Assembly (NCBI RefSeq): GCF_000186885.1
Contig: NC_014972.1
Span: 1,950,001-1,982,000, forward strand
Direction of reading: 5' to 3'
Origin: Desulfobulbus propionicus DSM 2032
GTDB lineage: Bacteria; Desulfobacterota; Desulfobulbia; Desulfobulbales; Desulfobulbaceae
Length of the DNA stretch: 32,000 nt
Part shown: positions 9,276-19,463 of the stretch, piece by piece
Layout of the letters: every line of letters starts with the position of its first letter
Numbering within the stretch: the stretch's first letter is position 1
Made by a program: the position numbers and the translations under genes
The notes under the pieces: generated by a model
Told to the model about the DNA's origin: nothing
What the model saw: only the letters and a program-made list of their open reading frames with translations
The model's database searches: none

Positions 9276-10220
9276 TCAATAGGCCTTTACCGGCGAAACA
9301 AAACCGCCCGGTTTCAAGGCGAGCAGGGCACATTCAAGCTCATCCATGATATTTTCGGCGGTGTTGCCCATCAGATAGCCGAAAATGCCGGTGCGGGCCA
9401 CCGTGCCCATGACCAAAATGTCAACGTGCTTGCTTTTGACAAAAAATGGGATCATTTTTTCCGCCCGTCCCCGCAACCGGTGGACCTCAAAGGAGCCGCC
9501 AATGCCCGAGGCCTCGATCACCAGGTTCAGTTCCGCCTGATGGGAGGTTTGGGCGGTCTGCACCGTGTTGCGCATGGTGTCTTCCGGGATGTCCACGCGC
9601 GTGTTGCCGCGCAGATAGCGTTCAAATTCAAAATCCCAGCAAGAGAGAATGTCGAGTTCGCCGCTGCAGGTATCGGCCAGGGAACGGGCGTGTTGCAGCA
9701 GACGGATCGAGAGATCGCGTTCCGCGGTTTCCCGATTGCCGGGATTGACGGCGACCGCTACCCGGATCTCCTTGCGCGATCGGGTAATCGGCCGAGCCAG
9801 CCACACCGGACAGGGGCATTTGCGCAGCAGGGTCATGTCCAGGGAGGTGAAGCCCTTGCCGCCCTCTCCCCTGGGTTCGGCCTCTTTGATCAACAGGTCG
9901 TGGCCGTTGCGCAGTTGGTGGCGGATGATGCTCACCGCCGGCGGTTCATCGCCGCTCGCCAATTCGACGTCGACCACGGCCTCGGACGCATCCAGGTTCA
10001 AGGCGGCCCGGGCCTCGCGGAGGGCCACTTCCACCTGTTCCTCCATGAATTGCCGATACTTTTCCCGATACATCTCGTGGCTGCCCGGCAGTTGCGGAAA
10101 AACGAGCAGATATTTGAGCGCTGCCTGGTTGTTGCGCGCCAGGCTGAGGGCCTGTTTCAGGCCTTCGATGTCGTCACTGATGCCGGTGCTGGCATAGAGG
10201 ATATGACGAAAGTTGTGCAT
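9276..10220 (-). CDS. Tandem universal stress protein (UspE-like layout)
   Basis: 314 aa with two Usp-like halves. The C-terminal half has DILVMGTVARTGIFGYLMGNTAENIMDELECALLALKP. Confidence 0.87.
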   Translation of the reverse strand: MHNFRHILYASTGISDDIEGLKQALSLARNNQAALKYLLVFPQLPGSHEMYREKYRQFMEEQVEVALREARAALNLDASEAVVDVELASGDEPPAVSIIRHQLRNGHDLLIKEAEPRGEGGKGFTSLDMTLLRKCPCPVWLARPITRSRKEIRVAVAVNPGNRETAERDLSIRLLQHARSLADTCSGELDILSCWDFEFERYLRGNTRVDIPEDTMRNTVQTAQTSHQAELNLVIEASGIGGSFEVHRLRGRAEKMIPFFVKSKHVDILVMGTVARTGIFGYLMGNTAENIMDELECALLALKPGGFVSPVKAY

Positions 10221-10276
10221 GTAAGTGCTCCTTGTCTCAAAAAAATGCGGGAAGCGCCCTGCGGTGCGGGCGTGCT

Positions 10277-12046
10277 TCAGAGGGGGTCAACCATCTTTCC
10301 CGGCGGGATGCATTCGCAGCCGGGCAATTGTTCCACGTTGTCGGGGGAAAAAATTAGGGTCACCAGACCGGCGTCGCTCCCTGAGGCAACGAGAAACGGC
10401 CCCAGCCGGGCGGGCGGCCCGCTTTTCGCCGCTTCGACCAGGGCGGCCAGCGTTCTGTCGGGGTCCGACGGACAGGTCAGGGTGAAAAAACCACACAACT
10501 GGCCAATGGTGTGATCGGCGCGGAAAGCGATCCGTTGTCCCGGTGTCAGGATAACCGGCTCGGCGCAGGTATCAAAGAGACAATCGAGCAATGGCTTGAC
10601 CTTTCGCCGCATGGCCACGAAAACCTGGTCGCCGGGCTCAAGCACGGTCCGTCCCCGGGGCATGATCACCTCGCTGCCGCGAACCACCAGGGTCACGGTC
10701 ACCTCGTAGGGCAGGGCGAGGTCGCGCAGGGCCTTGCCGGCCACAGGCGAGTGGGCGCCGACCCGGTACTCCACAATCTCGCCGTCCACATGGCGCAGCG
10801 CATTGATTTCAACGGTGAGCGGCGAGGTCGATTCGATCCGTACCCCCAATTTCAGCCAGCGGGCGACCAGGGGCAGGGACCAGCCCTGGGTGATTGCCGA
10901 CACCAGGACGACAAAAAAGACGACGTTGAAGATCAGCCCGCCGCCTTCCATGCCCGCCAGCAGCGGAAAGGTGGCCAGGGTGATGGGCACGGCCCCCTTG
11001 AGTCCCACCCAGGAGAGAAAGGACAACTCCCGCAGGTTAAAGCGAAACCAAAAGGCCGAACAGGCCACCGCCACCGGGCGGGCGAGGAAAATCAGCACCA
11101 GGGCGATCACCAGTCCATCCATGGCCACCTCGACCAGCCGGCTGGGAAAGCTGAGCATCCCTAGCATGACGAAAAGCACGATCTGCCCCAGCCAGGCGGC
11201 GGCGTCGTGAAACAGAAAAATGCCATTGCGGTAGACCAGCGAACTGTTGCCCAGCACAATGCCGGCGATGTAGACCGCGAGAAAGCCGCTGCCGCCGAGA
11301 ACCGCCGCCAGGCCAAAAGCCAGCAGTCCGAAGGCCAGCACCAGAATGGGATAGAGTCCGGGGTAATCGAGATTGCTGCGATTGACCACCCAGGCGGCCC
11401 CATAGCCGATTCCGATGCCCACCAGGCCGCCGACTCCGAACTGGAGCACGAACAGCAGCAGGATACCGGGCACGGAATCGGCCGTTCCCATGATCAGGCC
11501 AATCAACCCGACGGTGAGAAAAATGGCCATGGGGTCGTTGGAGCCGCTCTCCACCTCCAGGGTGGCGGTCAGGCGCCGGGACAGGCGCAGGCCGCTGGTG
11601 CGGAGAATGGAGAACACCGCCGCCGCGTCGGTGGAGCCGACGATGGCTCCCAACAGCATGCCGTGCAGCACCGGGACCTCGAGGACCCAGGACGCGGCAA
11701 GGCCGGTGAAGACCGAGGTCAGCAGCACGCCCAGGGTTGACAGGGATAGCGCCGGTCGCCAGGCCGCATGCACCGAGCGCACCGAGGTCCGCAGGCCGCC
11801 GTCGAACAGAATCAAGGCCAAGGCCACGCTGCCGATGCTGTTGGCGAAATGGTAATCTTCAAAGGCAATGCCGCCCAGCCCCTCCGAGCCGGCCAACATG
11901 CCCACGCCCAGGAACAGCACCAGGACCGGCATGCCGATCCGGGCCGAGAATTTGCTGGAACCGATGCCAAGCAGCAGCAGGACACCGGTCACAAACACGA
12001 TTGTGTTGATGGAAAACATACTCCTCGAATCAGGTTGACGGTTCAA
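10277..12046 (-). CDS. CPA1-family K+/H+ antiporter (CvrA/NhaP2-like) with C-terminal RCK_C/TrkA_C domain
   Basis: Multi-TM NhaP-type sequence (GILLFDGGLRTS-like, GAIVGSTDAAAVFSILR, ESGSNDPMAIFLT, WVGLKGAVPITLA), then an RCK_C-like region (YRVGAHSPVAGKALRDLALPYEVTVTLVVRGSEVIMPRGRTVLEPGDQVFV). The start may be 12019. Confidence 0.88.
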   Translation of the reverse strand: MNRQPDSRSMFSINTIVFVTGVLLLLGIGSSKFSARIGMPVLVLFLGVGMLAGSEGLGGIAFEDYHFANSIGSVALALILFDGGLRTSVRSVHAAWRPALSLSTLGVLLTSVFTGLAASWVLEVPVLHGMLLGAIVGSTDAAAVFSILRTSGLRLSRRLTATLEVESGSNDPMAIFLTVGLIGLIMGTADSVPGILLLFVLQFGVGGLVGIGIGYGAAWVVNRSNLDYPGLYPILVLAFGLLAFGLAAVLGGSGFLAVYIAGIVLGNSSLVYRNGIFLFHDAAAWLGQIVLFVMLGMLSFPSRLVEVAMDGLVIALVLIFLARPVAVACSAFWFRFNLRELSFLSWVGLKGAVPITLATFPLLAGMEGGGLIFNVVFFVVLVSAITQGWSLPLVARWLKLGVRIESTSPLTVEINALRHVDGEIVEYRVGAHSPVAGKALRDLALPYEVTVTLVVRGSEVIMPRGRTVLEPGDQVFVAMRRKVKPLLDCLFDTCAEPVILTPGQRIAFRADHTIGQLCGFFTLTCPSDPDRTLAALVEAAKSGPPARLGPFLVASGSDAGLVTLIFSPDNVEQLPGCECIPPGKMVDPL

Positions 12047-12161
12047 TCAGTTGTTGATGGAACCCATGGAATGTCTTTACCTTTGCCATGACCAGAGGTA
12101 AAGTTACAAAAAAGATATTGCAACCACGTAATTGAAATTCAGCCAACCTCGGGGGCAGATC

Positions 12162-13541
12162 ATGGAAGACAAAAAAGCCGCAGTTCTTGCCTATAAATGT
12201 CCGCCGGAAAGCAGGTTAAGCATCGAGGCCGCCCTGGCGGCTCAGTGCGATCTCACCTTTCACAACGATCCCCAACAGTTTCAGCACGAGGTCAGCAAAA
12301 AACCCTATGACATCATTTTCATGAATTTTCAGCCGGAAAAAGGCAAGAAAATGGGGTTGCTGCAAAAAATCCAGGAGCATGTTCCCTCGACGCCGGTGAT
12401 CATCACCTGCGAATCCGAGGATTCGGTCCATATCGATAAAAATCAGGAGCCGATCATCTACGATGTGCTCAGCCACCCCCTCTCCCCGGGCCGGGTCAAA
12501 CGGACGGTGCGGCAGGCGCTGCACAAGCGGCAGCAGGAGCGGGAACTGGACTATCTCCGCCGCACCCAGGACATCGTCTACAGCTTTGACCGGATCATTG
12601 CCGAGAGCGACAGCTTCAAGGCGGTGATCAAGAGCCTGAAGAAATTCGCTTCCACCGACGCCACGATCCTGATCACCGGCAGCACCGGAACCGGCAAAAG
12701 CTTTCTTTCCGGCACGGTCCACTACAACTCACCGCGCCGTAACCGACCCTTCATCAAGATCAACTGCGCCAACATTCCGGAAACCCTTTTGGAATCCGAA
12801 CTGTTCGGCCATGAAAAAGGGGCGTTCACCGGCGCCGACAAGCAGCGCATCGGCCGTTTCGAGCAGGCGGACGGCGGCACCGTTTTTCTTGACGAAATCG
12901 GCGAGATTCCCCTGGAGATCCAGGCCAAGTTGCTGCGGGTGCTGGAAGAAAAGTCGTTTGAACGGGTCGGCGGCAACAAGACCATCAGGGTGGACGTGCG
13001 GCTCATCACCGCCACCAACAGGGATCTGCAGGCCTTGATCGCCGCCGGCAAATTCCGCGAGGACCTTTACTATCGCATCAGCGTCCTGCCGGTCCATCTG
13101 CCGCAGCTCAAGGAGCGGCCCCGCTGTCTGGTGCCGCTGGCCAACAAACTGCTGGAGAAATCGGCGGCCTCGCTCAACAAGCGCCACATCACCGGCTTTA
13201 CCCCCGAGGTCCTGGCCATGATCCAGGGCTATGAGTGGCCGGGCAATATCCGCCAGCTGGCCAACACCATTGAACGCGCGGTTATCCTTGAAGAAGGGGA
13301 GCTGATCGGCCTATCCTCGATCCATATTCCGGAAATGGGACGAACCGCCGCGCCTCTCATCCAGGAGATCGAACCGCTGGCCGTCCATGAACGCGAACTG
13401 ATCCTCAAGGCGCTGACCGACAATCTGTGGGTACAGAAGGATGCGGCCCGCAGCCTGGGCATCAGTCCGCGGGCGCTGAACTACAAAATCAAGAAATTCG
13501 GCATCACCCACCAAAACTGGCGTAAACACCGAAAGGAATGA
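12162..13541 (+). CDS. Sigma54-dependent transcriptional regulator with an atypical N-terminal receiver-like domain
   Basis: ORF 12132..13541. ATG at 12162 is preferred over TTG at 12132. Walker A GSTGTGKS, GAFTGA, GGTVFLDEIGEIP and a C-terminal Fis-type HTH. Confidence 0.9.
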   Translation: MEDKKAAVLAYKCPPESRLSIEAALAAQCDLTFHNDPQQFQHEVSKKPYDIIFMNFQPEKGKKMGLLQKIQEHVPSTPVIITCESEDSVHIDKNQEPIIYDVLSHPLSPGRVKRTVRQALHKRQQERELDYLRRTQDIVYSFDRIIAESDSFKAVIKSLKKFASTDATILITGSTGTGKSFLSGTVHYNSPRRNRPFIKINCANIPETLLESELFGHEKGAFTGADKQRIGRFEQADGGTVFLDEIGEIPLEIQAKLLRVLEEKSFERVGGNKTIRVDVRLITATNRDLQALIAAGKFREDLYYRISVLPVHLPQLKERPRCLVPLANKLLEKSAASLNKRHITGFTPEVLAMIQGYEWPGNIRQLANTIERAVILEEGELIGLSSIHIPEMGRTAAPLIQEIEPLAVHERELILKALTDNLWVQKDAARSLGISPRALNYKIKKFGITHQNWRKHRKE

Positions 13542-13566
13542 ACACCGAAAAGAATGGCCGCCGGCC

Positions 13567-13977
13567 TTAATGCAGGTGGCCGCCGGTGCTTGACATGGTC
13601 AGGTTGCCGTTCTTGACCCCGCGCAAGGCAATGAGCTGTTCCGCCAGCTCGCGCACCTGCGAGGCCCGGCCCTTGACAATGGTCACCTCAAGGCAGTTGT
13701 CATGATCCATGTGCACATGGGTGGTCGAGGTGATCTGGTGGTGGTAGTCGTGTTGCAGCTCGGTGATCTTTTCCTGGAGCTGCGGCTGATGGTGGTTGTA
13801 GACCAGGGTCACCACCCCCACCACCTCGCTGTCCTGCTCCCATTCCTCGTTGACCAACATCTTGCGGATCAGGTCGCGCACCGCCTCGGAACGATTGGAA
13901 TAGCCACGGGGCCGAATATAGTCGTCGAACTGAGCAAGCAGTTTTTCATCCAGTGAAACCGAAAATCGCTTGAGCAT
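13567..13977 (-). CDS. nikR: Nickel-responsive ribbon-helix-helix regulator NikR
   Basis: N-terminal RHH (RFSVSLDEKLLAQFDDYIRPRGYSNRSEAVRDLIR) and the nickel-site pattern HHQITSTTHVHMDHDNCLEV. Confidence 0.93.
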   Translation of the reverse strand: MLKRFSVSLDEKLLAQFDDYIRPRGYSNRSEAVRDLIRKMLVNEEWEQDSEVVGVVTLVYNHHQPQLQEKITELQHDYHHQITSTTHVHMDHDNCLEVTIVKGRASQVRELAEQLIALRGVKNGNLTMSSTGGHLH

Positions 13978-13982
13978 GGCTA

Positions 13983-15410
13983 TCAGATTCCTTTTTCCAG
14001 ATCCTTGAGTTTATCGAGCAGAGCCCGGGCTTCAATGCGCATCTGTTCCGGTACATTCGTTTCCTTGGAGGCGCGGGTCAGGTACTGCTTGGCAAGTTTG
14101 ATCTTGCCCCTGTAGAGGTTGTACTTGCCCAGGTAAAAGACGGACGCCCCTTCCTTGCCCCGGCTGGACTCGATCTGCCCCAGATCGAAATAAAGCTGAG
14201 GAAACTCGGGCATGGCTGCCGCCACCCGCTGCAGCAGCTGCTCGGCCCGGGCGGTGCTGCCGCGCATCAATTCCATCTTGGCCAACTGATAGAGACCGTA
14301 CATATCGGTCGGATCGCGCTTGACCGCCTGTTCGAGGAGCGTGCGCGCCTCGTCCATCCGACCGGCCTGGATGAAAAGAACCGCGCGGTCGATGTCGAGA
14401 ATCGTCTCGCGCGGGTACTGCTCCTGGACGGTGGCCAGATGCTGCAGGGCCTGGTCGAATTTGCGTTCCTCGGCTGCCAGCAAGGCCAGGCCGAAATGAG
14501 CCAGGGTCCGATCTTCCACTTTCGTGGCCGAGGCCAGGGTATTGACGCAGTAAATCCGCAGTTTTTCGTGATCGATGGCCTGCATCAGCACCCGATATTT
14601 GAAGCGGAGAAATTTGAAATTATCGGTTGTGTCGTACGCTGCCCCCGTTTTTTGTTTTTCCAATTCCAGCAGTGATGCAACATAGCCCAGCCGGGCCTCC
14701 GGATTGGGGTGGGTCAGGAGATACTGGGGGGTTTCGCTGCCCATGCGGTAGCGGGTGATCCGCCGCATGACCCGCAGCATGTCCTCCATGGCCGAGGGGT
14801 CGCGCCGCATCTGCTTCAGCCAGCCAAAGGACAGACGATCCGCCTGCTCCTCGTCCTCACGGCTGTACTGGAGGTTGATGGCCTGCCCGGCGGCCATCGA
14901 CCCCATCATCAAGCCCGGTGACAGCCCGGGAACGCCCATGGCCAGGCCCGCGACCGCCAGCAGCAGGGTGGCGGCGCTGACCTTGGAGCCCTTGTCCAGG
15001 CGCTGGGCGATATGCCGGCTGACCACATGGCCGATCTCATGGGCGAGCACGCTGAGCATCTGATCCTCGTTGTTCATGGTTTCGATCAGGCCAGTGTAAA
15101 AAAAGACCAAGCCGCCCGGGGCGGCGAAGGCGTTGAACTGATCGCTCTTGACCACGAAAAACCGGTAATCGAAATACTGCGGCCCGACGATCTGCAGGAC
15201 CTTGTTGCCCAGCGTATTGATATATTGGCTGATATCCGGTTCGTCGAGAATGGGCAGTTCCTTGCGGACCGAATAGAGCAGTTGGTCGCCGATCTTCCGT
15301 TCCTCGCCGATGCTCAGCGCCAGGGCCTTGAGGGGCAGGAGGACGTAGGCGCACAGGGAGAGGAGGGCGACGAGGCGAAAAAAACATGTTTTCCTGTTCA
15401 TGGGGATCAC
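13983..15410 (-). CDS. M48-family metalloprotease with TPR repeats (BepA-like)
   Basis: Signal peptide, HEIGHVVSRH zinc motif, TPR-like C-terminal half. It ends only 5 bp before nikR starts. Confidence 0.88.
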   Translation of the reverse strand: MIPMNRKTCFFRLVALLSLCAYVLLPLKALALSIGEERKIGDQLLYSVRKELPILDEPDISQYINTLGNKVLQIVGPQYFDYRFFVVKSDQFNAFAAPGGLVFFYTGLIETMNNEDQMLSVLAHEIGHVVSRHIAQRLDKGSKVSAATLLLAVAGLAMGVPGLSPGLMMGSMAAGQAINLQYSREDEEQADRLSFGWLKQMRRDPSAMEDMLRVMRRITRYRMGSETPQYLLTHPNPEARLGYVASLLELEKQKTGAAYDTTDNFKFLRFKYRVLMQAIDHEKLRIYCVNTLASATKVEDRTLAHFGLALLAAEERKFDQALQHLATVQEQYPRETILDIDRAVLFIQAGRMDEARTLLEQAVKRDPTDMYGLYQLAKMELMRGSTARAEQLLQRVAAAMPEFPQLYFDLGQIESSRGKEGASVFYLGKYNLYRGKIKLAKQYLTRASKETNVPEQMRIEARALLDKLKDLEKGI

Positions 15411-15573
15411 CGATTGATTCGCGGAGTTGATCGAGCGGCGGCGGCAATGAAGTCAAGGTACCGCGTTCCGGATCCGCCGCAACCGCCGGTCATGTGTTTC
15501 CCGGGGGGCGAGGACCGTCCATCGCTGCGGCTTTTCCCTTTGATCGACCAACGGAAAAGACGCCTGGAAGCGG

Positions 15574-18500
15574 TCAGAAGGTGACCGCCTCGGCTTTGTG
15601 CAACATGGTTTTCAGTTCTTTTTGCCACTCGGCGCCACCCAACGACTCGGCCAACAGGACAGCCAGATGCCGGGGGAGGATGCCCAAATCGCGGTTGCGG
15701 CCCAGACCGGAAATACAGGACGGACAATTGGTGACGATGGTCCGCGCCTGGGACGTGTCGCCGGCGGCCAGCAGGTTGTCGCGCTTGCGCCTCAGCATGG
15801 CGCCGGTGATGTCGGGCCGCGACAGGGCCATGGTGCCGGCCTCGGAGCAGCAGCCGCCGATGGAGGTCACTTGACCGCCGATCCGCCGCACCATCAGGTG
15901 TCCCTCGCCCTGGAGCGAGTCGTGGCAGGGGGCGTGGTAGAGAAACTGCCGCTCCTTGTCCTGGGTGAACCGTTCCGGCGCCTGTTCGAGCACAAAGGAG
16001 GAGACATCGGCCAGGGAGCAGCCGAGAATTTCCTCGGCTCCCAGCTCATGCAGGGCCTCGCGGCACGTGCCGCAGCTGACGATCAGCCCGTCGAAACTGA
16101 TGTAACCGAGCATCTCCCGGATCTGGCTGAGGATGATGGTGTCGCGCAGGGTGACGTCGCCGTGCATTGTGCTCTTGGCGTTGGCCTTGGCCGGAAAGCC
16201 GCAGCACAGGTGGGGCGGCGGCAGCACCACCCGCACCCCGGTCTTGAGCAGGCTGTAAATCGCGGCCTCGGCGATTTCCGCATACAGCCGCTCCGAGCCG
16301 CAGCCCGGAAAATAGAACACCGTCTTGCCGCAAGCCTCCGGCGGGTTGAGCAGCAGGGCCTCGTTGAGCGAGCACTTGGGCAGGGTGGCGCGCAGGGAGC
16401 GGTTGGTCGGCGGCATCATCGGTGATTTGAGCATGTGCACCAGCCGCCACTTCGTGTTGCGCAGGGCCTCCGGGGCCTGGCGGAACAGCTCGGCCGCGAT
16501 CCGCTGGGCATTGGCGCCCCATTCGACCACGGTCTTGCGGAACAGGAGGTTGTAGACCCGGTTGCGGGTCTTGAGGTAGTGGAGCGACATCCGCGTGGGC
16601 AGGGGTGAATGCTTGTAGCCGCGCTCGCCGAGAATCTGACGCTCCAGGATCGACACTTGGGCGGTGTCGATGTCCACCGGACAAGGCTTGAAGCACTTGC
16701 CGCACAGGGTACAGTGGTCGGCGATCTCTTCCAGGTTCTTCAACTGGTTGAAGCGCGGAAAGTGGGCGCGCTGCATGTCGTAGAGTAGGGCCTCGATCAG
16801 CGAACCAATGGCCAGGTTCTTGTTGCGCGGATGAAAGAACAGTGAACTGCCCGGATAGAATACGCAGCAGTCGGCCTTGCACTTGCCGCAACGGACACAC
16901 TTGGAGATCTTGGTGGCCAGGGTCTCCAGGGAACCGTGCTGGAGGATGCGCGCCTCCAGTTCCAGCAGGTTGAACGAGGGGGTGAACACCTTGTCGATGA
17001 TGGCCGGGTCAACCAGCTTGCCCGGATTCATCACCCCACGGGGATCGATCCGCTGGCGGTACAGGTTCAATTCGTCGATCATCTGCCGGTCGAGGAACTT
17101 CATCTTGGTTATGCCGATGCCGTGCTCGCCGCTGACCACGCCCCCCAGGGCCACGGCCTTGGCCATGACCGCGTCGGCCGTCTCGGCGGCGCGCTGCATC
17201 ATGGCCCGGTCGTTGGAGAAGACCGGGATGTTGACGTGGACGTTGCCGTCGCCGGCATGCATGTGGGTGGCGATGATGATCCGCCGCTTGCGCACTTCTT
17301 CGCGGATCCGCTGGATGTTGGCGCTGATCCGGGGATAGCCGCGAAACAGTTCGAGCAGGTCGTTGGCCAGGGATTTCAGATGGGTTTCACCGCGCACCGC
17401 CTCGACGGCCCGCTCGGCCAGGCCGGCCAGGGCAACGCCGCACAGCTCGGCCGCCTTGGGCATCTTGGCCTCCAGCCAGTCCGGATCCTCGATCGGCTCG
17501 GCTACCTGGAGGTAGGCCAGGATCTCCTGGACCACGCTTTGCTGGTTGTAGACGTCCTCGTCGAGGTTGGTGGCATCGACAAAACGGGCAAACTCGGCCA
17601 GGGCCGGCAGGGGGAGGACGATATCCTCGTTGAGCTTGAAGGCGTTGGTGCGGGCGGCGATGGCCCCCAGCCGTTTGCGGTCGCGCCAGAAACGGCTGGC
17701 CTCGTCGGCGTCGCTGGCGACAAAGATCTCGGTGTTGCCATAGCGGTCCAACAGACGCAGCAACCGCTCCTTGCCGCGCAGAATCTGCGCGGTGGTGTGG
17801 CCGACCATGTCGATCAGCAGCACCGCCTTGGGCGATTCGCTGCGCGCCGCCTTGAACTTGTAGTTGATCGCCCGGATGTACTCCTCGTCGAAATGTTCGA
17901 GCGCCATCAGGGCTTCCTCGCCCTGGTTGACGAACTGCTCGGAGATCTCGACGATCACCCGGCTGGCTTCGTCCATGTCGGCGCCGAAGAATTCGAGGCA
18001 AAAGGTCAGCTTCTTCTCGTAGGCTGGATAGAGGATGAACTCGGCGCTGGTGATGATGCCGTCGGTCCCCTCCTTCTGCACGCCGGGCAGGCCGCCCAGG
18101 GCCTTGTTGGTGATATCCTTCCACAACCCCTTCTTGCGGATCTCGTCGCCGCGCAGTGCTACCCGCCGCACCAGCGCCCCTTGGGCATCGACAACATCGT
18201 AGATCACCTGATCCTCGGGCAGAATCTTGCGCATGGGATGATCGACCCGCTTGACCTGGAGCAGACCGGCGCCGGGCATGGCGATGGTGTAGGCCAGCAG
18301 GTTATCGATGGCCGTGCCCCAGAGCACCGCCGTCTTGCCGCCGGCATTCTCCGAGATGTTGCCGCCGATGGTCGACGCCCAGGCACTGGTCGGATCGGTG
18401 GCAAAGACCAGTCCCTGCCGCTCGGCAAAGGCCATGGCGTCCTGGGTGATGACCCCGGCCTCGAGCCGGAGCACCGCCATTTGCCGCGTTGTCCCGTCAT

Positions 18501-19215
18501 CGCCGCGAAATGCGCGTTCCTCGATCCCATGGATGCGGTTGAGTTTTTCGGTGTTGATCATCACGCAACCCGCGCTCACCGGCACGGCGCCGCCGGTCAG
18601 TCCGGTGCCGCCGCCGCGCGGGATGACGTGCAATCCCAATTCGGCAATGGCCGTCAGCAGGGGCGCGACCTGTTCCTCGCTGGAGGGCCGAACCACGGCC
18701 ACGGGCAGAAAGAGCCGCCAGTCGGTGGCGTCGGTGGCATGGCTGATCAGGGAAAACGGATCGAAGCAGACGTTGTCGCCGCCGATCACCGCCCCGAGCC
18801 GCTTGCGGATCCGGGCTCGGGTGGCCTGGGCGGTGCTAATCTCTTTTTGTAAGGCACGGGCCCGTTCCCGGCAGAGACGAACCAAGTTGACCACCTTGTT
18901 GCTGCGCTCGATATCAACGTTCACCTTTTTGGCCGTGTGTTCGATAATGTCGAGATCCCTTTTCATGGTGGTGAAGAAGGAAAAGCGGCGGCGGGGCGAA
19001 TCGATCAATTCCTGATAGAGGAAAGGGTTGCGGTGGAGGATGAACAGATCACCGATGCAGCGCATCACCAACCGGGCGGAACGGCCGGTGACCCGTTGGC
19101 TGCGCAGTTCCTCCAGATCGTCCCAGACCGTTTGGCCAAACAGGTGGTTGATGATCAGCCGATCGTCGGCCGAGGTAAAATTATAGGGAATCTCGCGATA
19201 ATTGGTGGCTTTCAT
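15574..19215 (-). CDS. Large FAD-binding / (4Fe-4S) / CCG-domain oxidoreductase (Dld/GlcD-GlcF-like fusion) with DUF3683-like N-terminus
   Basis: About 1213 aa from MKATNYREIPYNFTS. FAD_binding_4 region (HVIPRGGGTGLTGGAVPVSAGCVMINTEKLN), FAD-oxidase_C, GHTGDGNVHVN-like MHAGDGNVHVN, clusters CVRCGKCKADC and CTLCGKCFKPCP, and CCG motifs (HLCCGFPAKA, GGCCSEAG). Confidence 0.88.
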   Translation of the reverse strand: MKATNYREIPYNFTSADDRLIINHLFGQTVWDDLEELRSQRVTGRSARLVMRCIGDLFILHRNPFLYQELIDSPRRRFSFFTTMKRDLDIIEHTAKKVNVDIERSNKVVNLVRLCRERARALQKEISTAQATRARIRKRLGAVIGGDNVCFDPFSLISHATDATDWRLFLPVAVVRPSSEEQVAPLLTAIAELGLHVIPRGGGTGLTGGAVPVSAGCVMINTEKLNRIHGIEERAFRGDDGTTRQMAVLRLEAGVITQDAMAFAERQGLVFATDPTSAWASTIGGNISENAGGKTAVLWGTAIDNLLAYTIAMPGAGLLQVKRVDHPMRKILPEDQVIYDVVDAQGALVRRVALRGDEIRKKGLWKDITNKALGGLPGVQKEGTDGIITSAEFILYPAYEKKLTFCLEFFGADMDEASRVIVEISEQFVNQGEEALMALEHFDEEYIRAINYKFKAARSESPKAVLLIDMVGHTTAQILRGKERLLRLLDRYGNTEIFVASDADEASRFWRDRKRLGAIAARTNAFKLNEDIVLPLPALAEFARFVDATNLDEDVYNQQSVVQEILAYLQVAEPIEDPDWLEAKMPKAAELCGVALAGLAERAVEAVRGETHLKSLANDLLELFRGYPRISANIQRIREEVRKRRIIIATHMHAGDGNVHVNIPVFSNDRAMMQRAAETADAVMAKAVALGGVVSGEHGIGITKMKFLDRQMIDELNLYRQRIDPRGVMNPGKLVDPAIIDKVFTPSFNLLELEARILQHGSLETLATKISKCVRCGKCKADCCVFYPGSSLFFHPRNKNLAIGSLIEALLYDMQRAHFPRFNQLKNLEEIADHCTLCGKCFKPCPVDIDTAQVSILERQILGERGYKHSPLPTRMSLHYLKTRNRVYNLLFRKTVVEWGANAQRIAAELFRQAPEALRNTKWRLVHMLKSPMMPPTNRSLRATLPKCSLNEALLLNPPEACGKTVFYFPGCGSERLYAEIAEAAIYSLLKTGVRVVLPPPHLCCGFPAKANAKSTMHGDVTLRDTIILSQIREMLGYISFDGLIVSCGTCREALHELGAEEILGCSLADVSSFVLEQAPERFTQDKERQFLYHAPCHDSLQGEGHLMVRRIGGQVTSIGGCCSEAGTMALSRPDITGAMLRRKRDNLLAAGDTSQARTIVTNCPSCISGLGRNRDLGILPRHLAVLLAESLGGAEWQKELKTMLHKAEAVTF

Positions 19216-19463
19216 GGGGTGCCCGTACATCTTGACTTGTGAAAAATACCCAACGACGCCGCATCCGGCGGATGCGGCCAGCGGAAAGGGAACAACGCTC
19301 TCTGTGGTTCAGGGGAATGATAGACGCTCTTCAGGGAATACGGTCTTCAACGGCTGGAGAAGAGAACAATTCAAAACGATTTCGTACCACAACGGGATAA
19401 GCGTTGCAAATATTTATCGCACAGCCCGCCGCTCTGGCAAGGCGACGGAGCGAGGCGCCAGGT

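Noticed and set aside
16936-18852. 638-aa plus-strand ORF opposite the FAD/Fe-S oxidoreductase
   Set aside because: Antisense mirror ORF. The minus-strand frame has unambiguous flavin and Fe-S motifs.
19258-19278. GC-rich hairpin GCCGCATCC-GGC-GGATGCGGC as a Kef-gene terminator
   Set aside because: The stem is perfect, but the T-run on the minus strand is about 10 nt away and the hairpin lies about 185 bp past the stop. The evidence is too weak to call.
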